Shown here: in pieces, positions 36,309 through 45,090 of the stretch
Numbering within the stretch: position 1 is the first letter of the stretch
Layout: the number at the start of each line of letters is the position of its first letter
Virus record (IMG/VR): IMGVR_UViG_3300044836_000011
Location: 1 to 45,240 of that record
Origin: a virus
Lineage: Duplodnaviria > Caudoviricetes
Reading direction: 5' to 3' (one strand)
DNA length: 45,240 nucleotides
The notes under the pieces: model-generated
The model's database searches: none
Told to the model about the DNA's origin: nothing
The model's input: the letters and a program-made list of their open reading frames with translations, nothing else
Program-made: the position numbers and the translations under genes

Positions 36309-37129
36309 ACCGAACCGTCACCACGCAAGCCGAGTTCGAGGAAGCGGTCGCCGCCAGCGACTATCCGATCCTCGCTGGGTCCGGCGAGTTCACGGTGCCG
36401 GCTGAGTGCGCCGAACTGGCCGTCGAGGAGTCGTCGCAGCCGCGCATCGTGACGTGGGGGTCGTCGCAGCCGCGCATCGTGACGTGGGAGTCGTCGCAGC
36501 CGCGCATCGTGACGTGGGAGTCGTCGCAGCCGCGCATCGAGACGTGGGGGTCGTCGCAGCCGCGCATCGTGACGCGGGGGTCGTCGCAGCCGCGCATCGA
36601 GACGTGGGGGTCGTCGCAGCTCCAGATCCGTTCCGACCATCCGCTCACCGTTACCGCTCACGGGCGCCGCGCTGTCGTCACGCACAACAAGCACGTCACC
36701 GTGGACGGCGACGGCGTTGATCTGCTCGTCGACGAGCCGACCGAGCCGGGCGCGTGGTGCGAGCACTACGGGCTGGACGTCGACGACGACGGAACGGTCG
36801 TGCTGTTCAAGCGGGTCAACGACGAGTTCCGGTCGTCGTACAACGGCGGGTTGCTGTACGCGCCCGGTGAGACGGTCACAGCGGCGGATTGGAACACGCG
36901 GCCGGTGTGTGGCGGCGGGTTGCACTTGTCGTCGCATCCGTCGTTGACGTGGCGGTATTCGCAGGGTGAACGCCTCGTTGCGGTGCGGGTGGCGGTGGCT
37001 GACCTGGTGCCGATTCCGTCGTGGGACATGGACGACCCGGACAAGTGCAAGGCCAAGTCGTGCGTGGTTCTGCACGAATGCGACGAGGACGGCGAGCCGC
37101 TTCCCGTCGCCGAGCAGGTGACGTCGTGA
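36305..37129 (+). CDS. Repeat-containing (beta-solenoid-like) protein with conserved C-terminal domain
   Basis: (G/E)SSQPRI(V/E)TW x6; LFKRV...CGGGLH...DKCKA. Confidence 0.78.
   Translation: MNRTVTTQAEFEEAVAASDYPILAGSGEFTVPAECAELAVEESSQPRIVTWGSSQPRIVTWESSQPRIVTWESSQPRIETWGSSQPRIVTRGSSQPRIETWGSSQLQIRSDHPLTVTAHGRRAVVTHNKHVTVDGDGVDLLVDEPTEPGAWCEHYGLDVDDDGTVVLFKRVNDEFRSSYNGGLLYAPGETVTAADWNTRPVCGGGLHLSSHPSLTWRYSQGERLVAVRVAVADLVPIPSWDMDDPDKCKAKSCVVLHECDEDGEPLPVAEQVTS
36431..36620 (+). repeat. 30-bp coding tandem repeat, 6.3 copies
   Basis: TCGTCGCAGCCGCGCATCG(T/A)GACG(T/C)GGG(G/A)G. Confidence 0.97.
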
Positions 37130-37292
37130 GCCGGTTCTGTCGCTGTCGACCGTCCTGTTTGGCCGTGCTGCGCCCGTCCGATGTGACGGTCGTGACGGCT
37201 GACGGTGTCGCGCTGGCTGTGCATGTCGTCGACGCCTACCCGTCCGAGCCGTTGCCGTTCGACATGCCGGCGACCGTGGCGGGGGTGCGCTG

Positions 37293-37517
37293 ATGAACGC
37301 CAGTTCTTCCGTGCCCGGCGGTTACGACGATCTACTCTCGGTGCTGGGTGAACTTCCGGTCATCTGCCGCGAGACGCGCCGACGCAAGCGATTGTCCATG
37401 CGCGAGGCTGGCGAGCAGGCCGGAATTTCGCCATCGACATTCTGCCGTGTCGAAGCGCGGACAGGTGACCCGAGCCTTTCGGCAATCGTCGCCATCCTGC
37501 GATGGGCCGCATCGTGA
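37293..37517 (+). CDS. XRE-family HTH protein
   Basis: RRRKRLSMREAGEQAGISPSTFCRVE...PSLS. Confidence 0.8.
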   Translation: MNASSSVPGGYDDLLSVLGELPVICRETRRRKRLSMREAGEQAGISPSTFCRVEARTGDPSLSAIVAILRWAAS

Positions 37518-37804
37518 CCGCCGTCCTCGCGTCGGTGCAGACATCGGCCGACACCGCGCCGTTCGGCTTGTACGCCGTCGCCGCTGTGACGTTCGTCGTC
37601 GTGTGCGCGCCGTGTTGCGTGCTCGGCGTGGCGACGGTCGCGCGACTGTCAGCGTGGCGGCAACGGCGTCGGTTCTCGACTGCGTACCGGGTTTCCGCTG
37701 ACCTGCTCGGTGACGACGAGCAGATATTGCGCGACAAGGTTGCTGCGGGCGTCGCGAGACAACTGGCGCGGCCGAGCCGATACGCAAGGCAGGTGCGGCG
37801 ATGA
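37514..37804 (+). CDS. Membrane protein
   Basis: GTGA coupling; hydrophobic segment. Confidence 0.5.
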   Translation: MTAVLASVQTSADTAPFGLYAVAAVTFVVVCAPCCVLGVATVARLSAWRQRRRFSTAYRVSADLLGDDEQILRDKVAAGVARQLARPSRYARQVRR

Positions 37805-38118
37805 GCCGCAAGGGCAACAAGCCGCTGGTTGACCTTTCGGAAGGCGGAACGCTAGAGCAGGTTGTCGCCGAGGCGCAGGGCCGCGCCATCCGTGTCGAAC
37901 TGGAAACCGGGATGCGGATGGTCCGCGAAGGCAACAGCAACACCCTAAAGACCACCTGCACAGCGCGGCTGTTCACGACACGGACGAACTCCGGCGGTTC
38001 ACAGACGTTCGTCCCGCTCTGCATGCCCATGGTCGGCGAGACGTGGTCCGAGGTACTTGAGCCGTTGGGTCAGTTGCTCGATCAAGAGCAGTGGACAGAC
38101 GTCGGGGTCGCGTCGTGA
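37801..38118 (+). CDS. Hypothetical protein
   Basis: Coupled at both ends. Confidence 0.55.
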   Translation: MSRKGNKPLVDLSEGGTLEQVVAEAQGRAIRVELETGMRMVREGNSNTLKTTCTARLFTTRTNSGGSQTFVPLCMPMVGETWSEVLEPLGQLLDQEQWTDVGVAS

Positions 38119-38738
38119 CCGCTGTCGCTGATGTGGCTGCCCCGATGGGGATCACCGAAACGGAACAGGCGTTCGCTGCTGCGCTCGCGGCGTTCCAGGG
38201 CGAGACGTGGCGCCCGATCCCGAGTTGTCCTGGCTACGAGGCGTCCAACCTCGGTCGAATCCGAAGCGTTGCCAGGGTAGTGATGCGCCGGAACGGATCG
38301 CCCTGCCCACGTAAGGGGTACGTTCTCAGCCCGAAGCGGCAGTATGGCTACCTTCGCGTGACTCTGGTCGAGCGTAAATCGCGGCTCGTACACGACCTCG
38401 TTCTAGAAGCGTTCATCGGCCCGCGCCCTCCTGGAGCAGACGCCTGTCATGCCAACGGCAAGCGCGACGACAACAGGCTCGCCAATCTGCGATGGGATTC
38501 GCGCAGCGCCAATATGCGCGACGCCGTTCGCCACGGAACACATCCAACAGGCAGCAGAACGCATTGTCCTCGCGGTCACGTGCTCGCGCTCCCGAATCTC
38601 ACAAGATCAATGTTGCCGTACCGGCAGTGCCTCGCATGCAATCGCGCCCGCGCCCGCGTTCAGCAAGCCCGTAAGCGTGGCGCGTCGGTCGACTTTGTTT
38701 CCACTGCCGCCGCAATCTACGCGGAGGTCATCGCATGA
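38115..38738 (+). CDS. NUMOD4-HNH homing endonuclease with ERF-derived N-terminus
   Basis: ETWRPIP...YEASNLGRIRS; VHDLVLEAFIGPRP...CHANG...DNRLANLRW...N; HCPRGH...CLAC. Confidence 0.9.
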   Translation: MTAVADVAAPMGITETEQAFAAALAAFQGETWRPIPSCPGYEASNLGRIRSVARVVMRRNGSPCPRKGYVLSPKRQYGYLRVTLVERKSRLVHDLVLEAFIGPRPPGADACHANGKRDDNRLANLRWDSRSANMRDAVRHGTHPTGSRTHCPRGHVLALPNLTRSMLPYRQCLACNRARARVQQARKRGASVDFVSTAAAIYAEVIA

Positions 38739-39436
38739 CCGAACAGGAGTCCATCACATCGGAGCAGGCGTTCGCCGCAGCGCTGGTCGCTTTTCAGGCT
38801 TCGATGCCCCGCGTCGCTAAAGACCAGACGGCGAACGCCGGGACCTACAGCTACTCCTACGCCGACCTGACCGACATCAGCGAAGCGGCGCTACCCATAC
38901 TCAGCAAACACGGGTTGTCGTTCACGGCTGCCCCTACTGTCACCGAGCACGGGTTCGTCCTCCGCTACGCACTCCTGCATGTCGCGGGCCACCGTGAGGG
39001 TGGAGACTTTCCCCTGCCGGACCCGGCGAAGTTCGGCGCCCAGCAGATCGGCTCATGGCTGACCTACGCTCGCCGATACGCCTTGTGCGCGGTGACGGGC
39101 ATCGCGCCCGGCGGTGACGATGACGACGCGCAGAAGGCTGGTGACGCCCGCGCTGCCGATGTGACCCGCGCGCCCCAGCGCGCGCGTCGGCAGAGCGCGG
39201 GCAGCTACGACCCGACCACTGCTCCCGACGACTTCGCCGCCCCAGTCACGGACCTCGCGTGGATGGAGGGCTTCCGTACCCGCCTGACCGCCTGCACGAA
39301 GCCGAGCGAAGTACGCGGGCTCGATGGCGAAGCGCACGTCCAGTACGGCGAACGGAAACTGACCGCTGACGACGCGAAGGTGCTGAAAGGCGAGATCGAC
39401 GCGCGAATGCGAGAACTGACGGAGCCGCAACCGTGA
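38735..39436 (+). CDS. erf: ERF-family ssDNA annealing protein
   Basis: YSYADL, LSKHGL, AQQIGSWLTYARRYALCAVTGIAPGGDDDD. Confidence 0.92.
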   Translation: MTEQESITSEQAFAAALVAFQASMPRVAKDQTANAGTYSYSYADLTDISEAALPILSKHGLSFTAAPTVTEHGFVLRYALLHVAGHREGGDFPLPDPAKFGAQQIGSWLTYARRYALCAVTGIAPGGDDDDAQKAGDARAADVTRAPQRARRQSAGSYDPTTAPDDFAAPVTDLAWMEGFRTRLTACTKPSEVRGLDGEAHVQYGERKLTADDAKVLKGEIDARMRELTEPQP

Positions 39437-39972
39437 GCGCCGCACCGGAATACCAGCCTTCTGAGCCGACCGCGACGGAATCTGGCCTCGTATTCCTCGG
39501 CCAGACCCTCGCCGAGCTGAGCGAGTCCGTCCCGACGACACTCGACACGGCCGACGCAGCCACGGCTGTTCGCCTCCTCGCCGACCTGCGCCTGCACCGG
39601 CAAGCCCTCGCCAGCATCGAAGCGTTCACCGAAGCGGCCGTCGCGAGACTGCTCGACAAGGGGACACACGCGGTCGCCGGCTTCCAGGTCACCGTTCACT
39701 CAGCGGGCCGGTGGACCGACTGGCGGCATGACGACGTCGCGTTCGCGGTCTGCCGGGACATCGCGGTTGACCCCGCAACCGGCGAGGTGATCCCCGAGGT
39801 CGTGCAGATCATCGACCAGGTCCGGTCCCGGCTGCTGAACTGTTCCCGCCCGACATGGCGACTAACCCAACTGGCGAATGTCGGCGTCGACCCTGGCAAC
39901 TACGCGAAGTGGTCGAAGGGTCGAAGGACCGTCCAACTTATCGAGGACGACTCTGCGGGCGAGGGCGTGTGA
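39433..39972 (+). CDS. Hypothetical protein (recombination region)
   Basis: Coupled; VDPATGEV. Confidence 0.65.
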   Translation: MSAAPEYQPSEPTATESGLVFLGQTLAELSESVPTTLDTADAATAVRLLADLRLHRQALASIEAFTEAAVARLLDKGTHAVAGFQVTVHSAGRWTDWRHDDVAFAVCRDIAVDPATGEVIPEVVQIIDQVRSRLLNCSRPTWRLTQLANVGVDPGNYAKWSKGRRTVQLIEDDSAGEGV

Positions 39973-40244
39973 TGCGCCCGGTCAGTCGCAAGCGGGCGGT
40001 GGCGTTGCGGGTCTACCGCAAACGCCGCGACGAGTTCTTGACCGAGCACTCCGGCTGCCAGTTTCCCGCCGGATGTGACCAGCAAGCGACGGTCATGCAC
40101 CACAGGCGCGGACGGTTCGGGGCTCGACTGCTGGACGAACGGTGGTGGGCCGCGAGCTGCTCCTTCCATAACGACTTCGCGGAGACGCACACCGGAGAGT
40201 CTCTGGACATCGGCTGGCTCGTCCGTATTGAAGGAGTGGCGTGA
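39972..40244 (+). CDS. Small HNH-like nuclease
   Basis: CQFPAGC...ATVMHHRRGR...CSFHN. Confidence 0.6.
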   Translation: MRPVSRKRAVALRVYRKRRDEFLTEHSGCQFPAGCDQQATVMHHRRGRFGARLLDERWWAASCSFHNDFAETHTGESLDIGWLVRIEGVA

Positions 40245-40510
40245 CGCAGAAGGCGGACCCGTTGCGACGTAAGGCGCTCGCGCGCATCCGCGAGGACCGG
40301 GTCCGGGTGCGCGTGGTGGAGACGGACGCGCCGGACAGCGGCGAGCCGCACTGGGTGCTCGCCGTGGTCCGGTCAAGCCGGGACGGCCACCCGTACCGGG
40401 TGGAGTACGTGAGCCGCGTCTGGTCGTGTGACTGCCGTGAGGGGCGTCGCGCCTTGCCGTGCGCGCACACGCTCGCGGTCGCGCTCGTCACCACAGGAGT
40501 CGGGGCGTGA
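40241..40510 (+). CDS. SWIM zinc-finger protein
   Basis: WSCDC...CAH. Confidence 0.75.
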   Translation: MTQKADPLRRKALARIREDRVRVRVVETDAPDSGEPHWVLAVVRSSRDGHPYRVEYVSRVWSCDCREGRRALPCAHTLAVALVTTGVGA

Positions 40511-40830
40511 GCGAACAGGCGCTCGTGACGGTCGCGGAAGGCGCTGGCCCGTACAGCATCGGCTCCGACCACTGGCCCGGCGTCGCGAAGTTGATCGAAG
40601 AATGCGGCGAAGTGCTCCAGATCGCGGGCAAGTTGATCGCGACGGCAGGCCAGCGCGACCACTGGAGCGGCGCCGACCTGTGGCGCGAACTATCCCTTGA
40701 ACTCGGCGATCTGTGTGCCGCTATCACGTTCGTCATCGAGCAGAACGGCGTGCTGGATTCGATAGCTGTTGAGGTGCGCCACGACTCCAAGGTGCGCCTT
40801 TTCAACGACTGGCAGCAGGAGCAGCGATGA
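40507..40830 (+). CDS. MazG-like nucleotide pyrophosphohydrolase
   Basis: KLIEECGEV...ELGD acidic motif. Confidence 0.75.
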   Translation: MSEQALVTVAEGAGPYSIGSDHWPGVAKLIEECGEVLQIAGKLIATAGQRDHWSGADLWRELSLELGDLCAAITFVIEQNGVLDSIAVEVRHDSKVRLFNDWQQEQR

Positions 40831-40834
40831 CGCC

Positions 40835-41065
40835 ATGAACACGACGACTCGGTTCCGCATAGCGGTCGTCTTCCTGCTCGCTCTGCTCGTGCTCGTGTTG
40901 GCAGCGCGACTCGGCGTCGCCATCTACGACGAGGCACACCCTCGCAACGTCGACGTCTTGTGCAGCGACCACCCGGACGACAAGAACTGGGACCGCAGCT
41001 ACCACGGGCCGGCCGACCTCGTCCTCGGCGCTTGCCAGATGGCCTACGGGACGAACAACCCATGA
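40835..41065 (+). CDS. Small membrane/secreted protein
   Basis: N-terminal TM segment, Cys pair. Confidence 0.55.
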   Translation: MNTTTRFRIAVVFLLALLVLVLAARLGVAIYDEAHPRNVDVLCSDHPDDKNWDRSYHGPADLVLGACQMAYGTNNP

Positions 41066-41337
41066 CCGCCCTTGTACCGGCTGAGGACATCGAACGCATC
41101 GTCGGCGTGAAGCGGCACCCGACGTTGCATCTGGCCCGCGCCGTATCGGCCGAGCAGACGGTCTACATCCTGCACAGCCGCGAGTGCCTCGACTCCGGTG
41201 TTGACCTGCGTCAATGCCGCTACTCGCTCGCGCTCGACAACGGCATCCGGGTCAGCGAGTGGCAACAGGACGTGCCGTGCGTCGTGCGGGTCGAGGGCGC
41301 GTTCGAGCAGACAAGGTTGGCGCCCGATGACGACTGA
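41062..41337 (+). CDS. Hypothetical phage protein
   Basis: Coupled start. Confidence 0.65.
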   Translation: MTALVPAEDIERIVGVKRHPTLHLARAVSAEQTVYILHSRECLDSGVDLRQCRYSLALDNGIRVSEWQQDVPCVVRVEGAFEQTRLAPDDD

Positions 41338-41548
41338 GCAGGGGACGCGCGGGTTCGTGCAGTGCTCGACCAGCACCGGCTGTGGCAGCCGCTGGACGTG
41401 GAATCCGAACGCTGACCTGACGTTGCCGAACCGCGAGGACTCGTGGACGAACGAGGCGGACGCCCGTGCGTGGGCTGAGACGCATCTGACGGTGTGCGAC
41501 GGGCCGATCGAGGTCGTCGTCACCCACCGAGACGGAGAGCCGGTATGA
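41327..41548 (+). CDS. Hypothetical protein
   Basis: Overlapping start; CxxxxxC...HxxxC. Confidence 0.5.
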   Translation: MTTEQGTRGFVQCSTSTGCGSRWTWNPNADLTLPNREDSWTNEADARAWAETHLTVCDGPIEVVVTHRDGEPV

Positions 41549-41988
41549 GCGAACGGCGCTTCTTCCACGGCGGCGCGCCTGGCCTCAAAGTCGGCGACAT
41601 CCTGAGCCCACGACCAGCAGACGATCAGCGTCATCTTGTCGACGGGTGCGGCATCTGCGAAGCGCGACGACGGGGCGCGCCGTCCGACTATGACCGTGAT
41701 CACAACTTCGCTGCCGTGTACGTCACGACTGATCGGCAGGTCGCGCGGTTCTTCGCGAACGGCTACCCGCACGGCGGCGTCTACCGCGTCGAACCGCTCG
41801 GCGAGTTGACAACCGACCCGGAGCAGCCGCCGTGGGCAATCGACGAGCCGGTGAGCTTCGCTGTCCCGCAGGCGCGCGTCCTGGCGGTGCTGGACCCGCT
41901 GGTGCGTGTGACCGCGAAGGAAGCGCGACGGATGATGCGTCGCCTCGGCGTGACTGAACGCGGTGTCCTCGCGGCGGTGTCGGCATGA
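41545..41988 (+). CDS. Arr-like ADP-ribosyltransferase domain protein
   Basis: FFHGG...LKVGDIL, VYVTTD, VYRVEPLG...DP match the Arr H-Y pattern. Confidence 0.72.
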   Translation: MSERRFFHGGAPGLKVGDILSPRPADDQRHLVDGCGICEARRRGAPSDYDRDHNFAAVYVTTDRQVARFFANGYPHGGVYRVEPLGELTTDPEQPPWAIDEPVSFAVPQARVLAVLDPLVRVTAKEARRMMRRLGVTERGVLAAVSA

Positions 41989-42428
41989 CTGAAGAGTTGG
42001 TCACGTCGTGCGGCTACTGCCCGTGGAGCATCCTCGCCTGGTCCGCCGACGACAAGGCGCGCAAAGAGCAGACGCACCGCGATCGGCTCCACGCTGATGT
42101 CGCGCCGGACACGGACGAGATGTGCGCGCGGATGGTCGGCGAACACCGCGAGGCGCGAGCGATGGTCCTCCAGTCGATCAGGGCGACCGCGCACGCGAAC
42201 GGCGGGCAGGTAGACCCGAACGTCGTCCGCCACCTGCTGCCCCGCGACCTGAACCCGCCGCAGATCGTCGGCGCGGTCTACCGGCTGATGAAGATGCCGC
42301 AGGGCCTCGACGGGCAGCGGCTCGTCGAGGACGGCGAAGTCATTTCCACCGACAGCCACGGACGCAACACCGGGAAGAAAGTCCCCCGCTACAGGTTGGT
42401 CGACATCGAAGAACGGAGAACAGGGTGA
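41985..42428 (+). CDS. Hypothetical protein (N-terminal Zn finger, winged-helix-like)
   Basis: CGYC...H...H; VDPNVVR...VGAVY...GRNTGK. Confidence 0.6.
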   Translation: MTEELVTSCGYCPWSILAWSADDKARKEQTHRDRLHADVAPDTDEMCARMVGEHREARAMVLQSIRATAHANGGQVDPNVVRHLLPRDLNPPQIVGAVYRLMKMPQGLDGQRLVEDGEVISTDSHGRNTGKKVPRYRLVDIEERRTG

Positions 42429-42622
42429 CCCTCCGCTTGTTGCGTCGGGAGCGGCGTCTCGTCGCCGTCGACCCGCCAGACGTGACCCTGCCCGGCGTCG
42501 TGACCTGCGTGCACGACCTACACGTCAACTTCGGCGGTCGCCGGGTCGGTCTGCTTGTCCACCCGTCCGGTAACGCGGCGATGTTGGACCCCTGCCCCCA
42601 CGTCAACAAGGACGGCCTGTGA
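42425..42622 (+). CDS. Hypothetical protein
   Basis: Coupled at both ends. Confidence 0.45.
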   Translation: MTLRLLRRERRLVAVDPPDVTLPGVVTCVHDLHVNFGGRRVGLLVHPSGNAAMLDPCPHVNKDGL

Positions 42623-42849
42623 CCGAGACCCGCGCTGAGGCGCTGCAATGGTGCAAGGACCGGGCGCTCGCCTACGTCGACCAGGGCGACTTGCACAATG
42701 CCTTCGCGTCGTTTGCGTCAGATGTGCGGAAGCACCCCGACACCGAGCCGCTGACTAACGTCATCGCACATCTCGGGATGCCGATGCTGCTCGCCGGTCA
42801 CCTCGACACGCCGCAGAAGATGCGCGAGTGGATCGAGGGGTTCCACTGA
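42619..42849 (+). CDS. Hypothetical phage protein
   Basis: WCKDRALAY...SDVRKHPDT...WIEGF. Confidence 0.7.
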   Translation: MTETRAEALQWCKDRALAYVDQGDLHNAFASFASDVRKHPDTEPLTNVIAHLGMPMLLAGHLDTPQKMREWIEGFH

Positions 42850-43115
42850 TGGAACTGTCGGACCTCGCGAAGATGCCGCTCCGCATCGAGATCAGTCGCC
42901 GCGCCCAATGGCAGCAGGACGAGGACAACCTGCGGGTGGTATCGGCCGCGTCGATCTACCGGCTGCCGCGCGGCGCCGAGAAGCCGCTGCTCCTCCTCGG
43001 TCCGGTCGGTGTGCCCGGCAACCCGGACGCGTCATGGTCGGAGCTGCTGCGCCACATCGCCGACGCGTTAGAGCTCGACGTCGAGGCCAGCCCCGCTGAA
43101 GCGGTGACCACATGA
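42849..43115 (+). CDS. Hypothetical protein
   Basis: TGATG coupling. Confidence 0.5.
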   Translation: MELSDLAKMPLRIEISRRAQWQQDEDNLRVVSAASIYRLPRGAEKPLLLLGPVGVPGNPDASWSELLRHIADALELDVEASPAEAVTT

Positions 43116-43218
43116 CGCGTTGGGAGCGGTTGCACCCGCTCTTTGGCGCGGCGTGCGCGTTCCTCGTGTTCGCGGTGACCGTCGCGTTCGTCGATCAGGC
43201 ATCCGGACGGGTGATCCC

Positions 43219-43674
43219 GTGATCCCTCGGAAGTGGCGCGTCGGCTCGCATTACGGCATCCATGTCTACGAGATCACCAACAGCGAGCCCGGCACTGAGA
43301 ACGACGATCGACCCGTTGCGACGTTCCACACAGCGCAAGACGCCCGTAATGCAGTCGCTGCGTTCAACAAGTCGACGGAATCTGCATCCGCCGCAACTCA
43401 GTCCCCGGTTGGTGTCGCTGCCCCCGTGGTGATGCCGCGCCGCATGCCGTTGTCAACCGTGTCCGTTGGCGATCAGCTCGCCCCGTTGTCGGACGAGCCG
43501 CAGGTCGTACAGCGGCAGCGTCGCAGCGCACTCCGTGGTGGTCAGGTGTCGACCGGACAACAACCCGCGCTCGGGACCCGCCCGTGCGAGTGCGGCAAGG
43601 ACGCGCCGTATGACGGCGGCGCCGAAGGCGTGTGTCCCTGTTGCTCCACCTGTACGACAGGAACCACGACGTGA
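43219..43674 (+). CDS. Hypothetical protein
   Basis: WRVGSHYGIHVY N-terminus; Cys-rich C-terminus; coupled to the next gene. Confidence 0.5.
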   Translation: MIPRKWRVGSHYGIHVYEITNSEPGTENDDRPVATFHTAQDARNAVAAFNKSTESASAATQSPVGVAAPVVMPRRMPLSTVSVGDQLAPLSDEPQVVQRQRRSALRGGQVSTGQQPALGTRPCECGKDAPYDGGAEGVCPCCSTCTTGTTT

Positions 43675-44330
43675 CGTTCTACCCGGACGCCCTGGACGTC
43701 CGTCCGCTCACGTCATGGCCCGGCGAGTTGACGCCCGCGCATAAGCGCACCCGCTCGCCGTTCTCCGCGACGCTCGGGAAGACGCTGCGCGACCTCGAGC
43801 GTGAACTCGCCCACCTCGGTTGCCGACACGCCGTGATGGAAGTCGCCATGACGACCGAGGACTTCCGTCTCGACGGTCGTCCACGGTCCGGCGCGCGAGC
43901 GTCACATCCCGGCGTCGTCCTCTCGCTGCCGAAGACGAACGTCGGGCCGCTCCGCTACGCCACCGACCTGTTCTGGACGTGGCAAGACAACCTCCGGGCC
44001 ATCGCGCTCGGCATGGACGCCCTGCGCCGGGTCGACCGTTACGGCATCACCCGGCGCGGTGAGCAGTACAGCGGATTCAAGGCGCTCCCGTCCGGCTCCG
44101 GTGCCCCCAGCCAAGGAGGCATGACCCGCACGGACGCCGCTGAACTGCTTGCTGCCGCCGCGTCGTGGGGGCCGTTGAAGCACGACGCGAACGACATCCT
44201 CGCTAACGACGACGACCGCAAGAGCGCGTTCCGCACAGCGGCGCGCAAGGCGCATCCCGACGCGGGCGGCGAACGGTCGTTCTGGGACTCGATCGAACTC
44301 GCCAACCGCATCCTGACCGAGAGCGGCTGA
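43671..44330 (+). CDS. J-domain (DnaJ-like) protein
   Basis: C-terminal AFRTAARKAHPDAGG with the HPD motif; WQDNLRAIALG...LRRVDRYG. Confidence 0.82.
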   Translation: MTFYPDALDVRPLTSWPGELTPAHKRTRSPFSATLGKTLRDLERELAHLGCRHAVMEVAMTTEDFRLDGRPRSGARASHPGVVLSLPKTNVGPLRYATDLFWTWQDNLRAIALGMDALRRVDRYGITRRGEQYSGFKALPSGSGAPSQGGMTRTDAAELLAAAASWGPLKHDANDILANDDDRKSAFRTAARKAHPDAGGERSFWDSIELANRILTESG

Positions 44331-44336
44331 CCTCTC

Positions 44337-44987
44337 ATGCCTCAAACGACAGCGCAGAGGACTCGACCGGATTCTTGTAATTACGCAGGGCGGATTTCCG
44401 ACGCCCCTCCAGTGACTCGCCGCATCGCCGGGCATCTGCTCGTCAGCGACCCCGGTGAGAACCCGCGCGTGTGGCGGAAGGTCACGACGACCGTCTGCCA
44501 TGCGGTTCGGCATGACACGCTCAGTGCCGCCGTGAACTACGGCTGCGTCTGCCCGAAAGCGCAAGCCGCGCGGTCGTTCAACGCGAAACGGCGTCGGGTG
44601 CGGGGCGCGCCGAACGCGCTGGTCGACGCGACGATCACCCGCCAGCAGCTCCAAGCGTTGACTGCGGCCGGGCACGCCCCGCAACGCATCTCCGACGCGA
44701 CCGGTGTCTGTGTGCACAGGCTGCGGCAGATACGCGGCGGCGCGACCGGGCAGACGTCGAAGCCGACCGCCTGGCGGGTCGACGCGTACTGGCGGGCGAA
44801 CCGGAAGGTCGACGGCGGCAGCGCCCGCGCCCGCATGGAAGCGGTGAAGCGTGGCTGGCAGCCGCCGTCGAACGCCGACCTGTGCGTCGTCGACGACGTG
44901 AAGCTCGCGCGGGCCCGCGCCGGTGAGGTTCGTCCTCGCGACTTGAACGCGGCCGAACGGCGCGCGCTGCGAGCAGGTGCCGCATGA
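44337..44987 (+). CDS. HTH DNA-binding protein (true start possibly further downstream)
   Basis: YGCVC; VDATITRQQLQAL...QRISDATGV; RGWQPP. Confidence 0.62.
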   Translation: MPQTTAQRTRPDSCNYAGRISDAPPVTRRIAGHLLVSDPGENPRVWRKVTTTVCHAVRHDTLSAAVNYGCVCPKAQAARSFNAKRRRVRGAPNALVDATITRQQLQALTAAGHAPQRISDATGVCVHRLRQIRGGATGQTSKPTAWRVDAYWRANRKVDGGSARARMEAVKRGWQPPSNADLCVVDDVKLARARAGEVRPRDLNAAERRALRAGAA

Positions 44988-45090
44988 CCTGCTACGGCTG
45001 CGCCCATTGCGGTTGCGACCCGTCCGACGAGGACGGCTACTGCTACGTGTGCGCTGACTGTGACGACGGCGCTGACGGGAACCCCGGCTG

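Noticed and set aside
36431-36620. CRISPR array
   Set aside because: The units are contiguous with no unique spacers, are in-frame coding, and no cas genes are present
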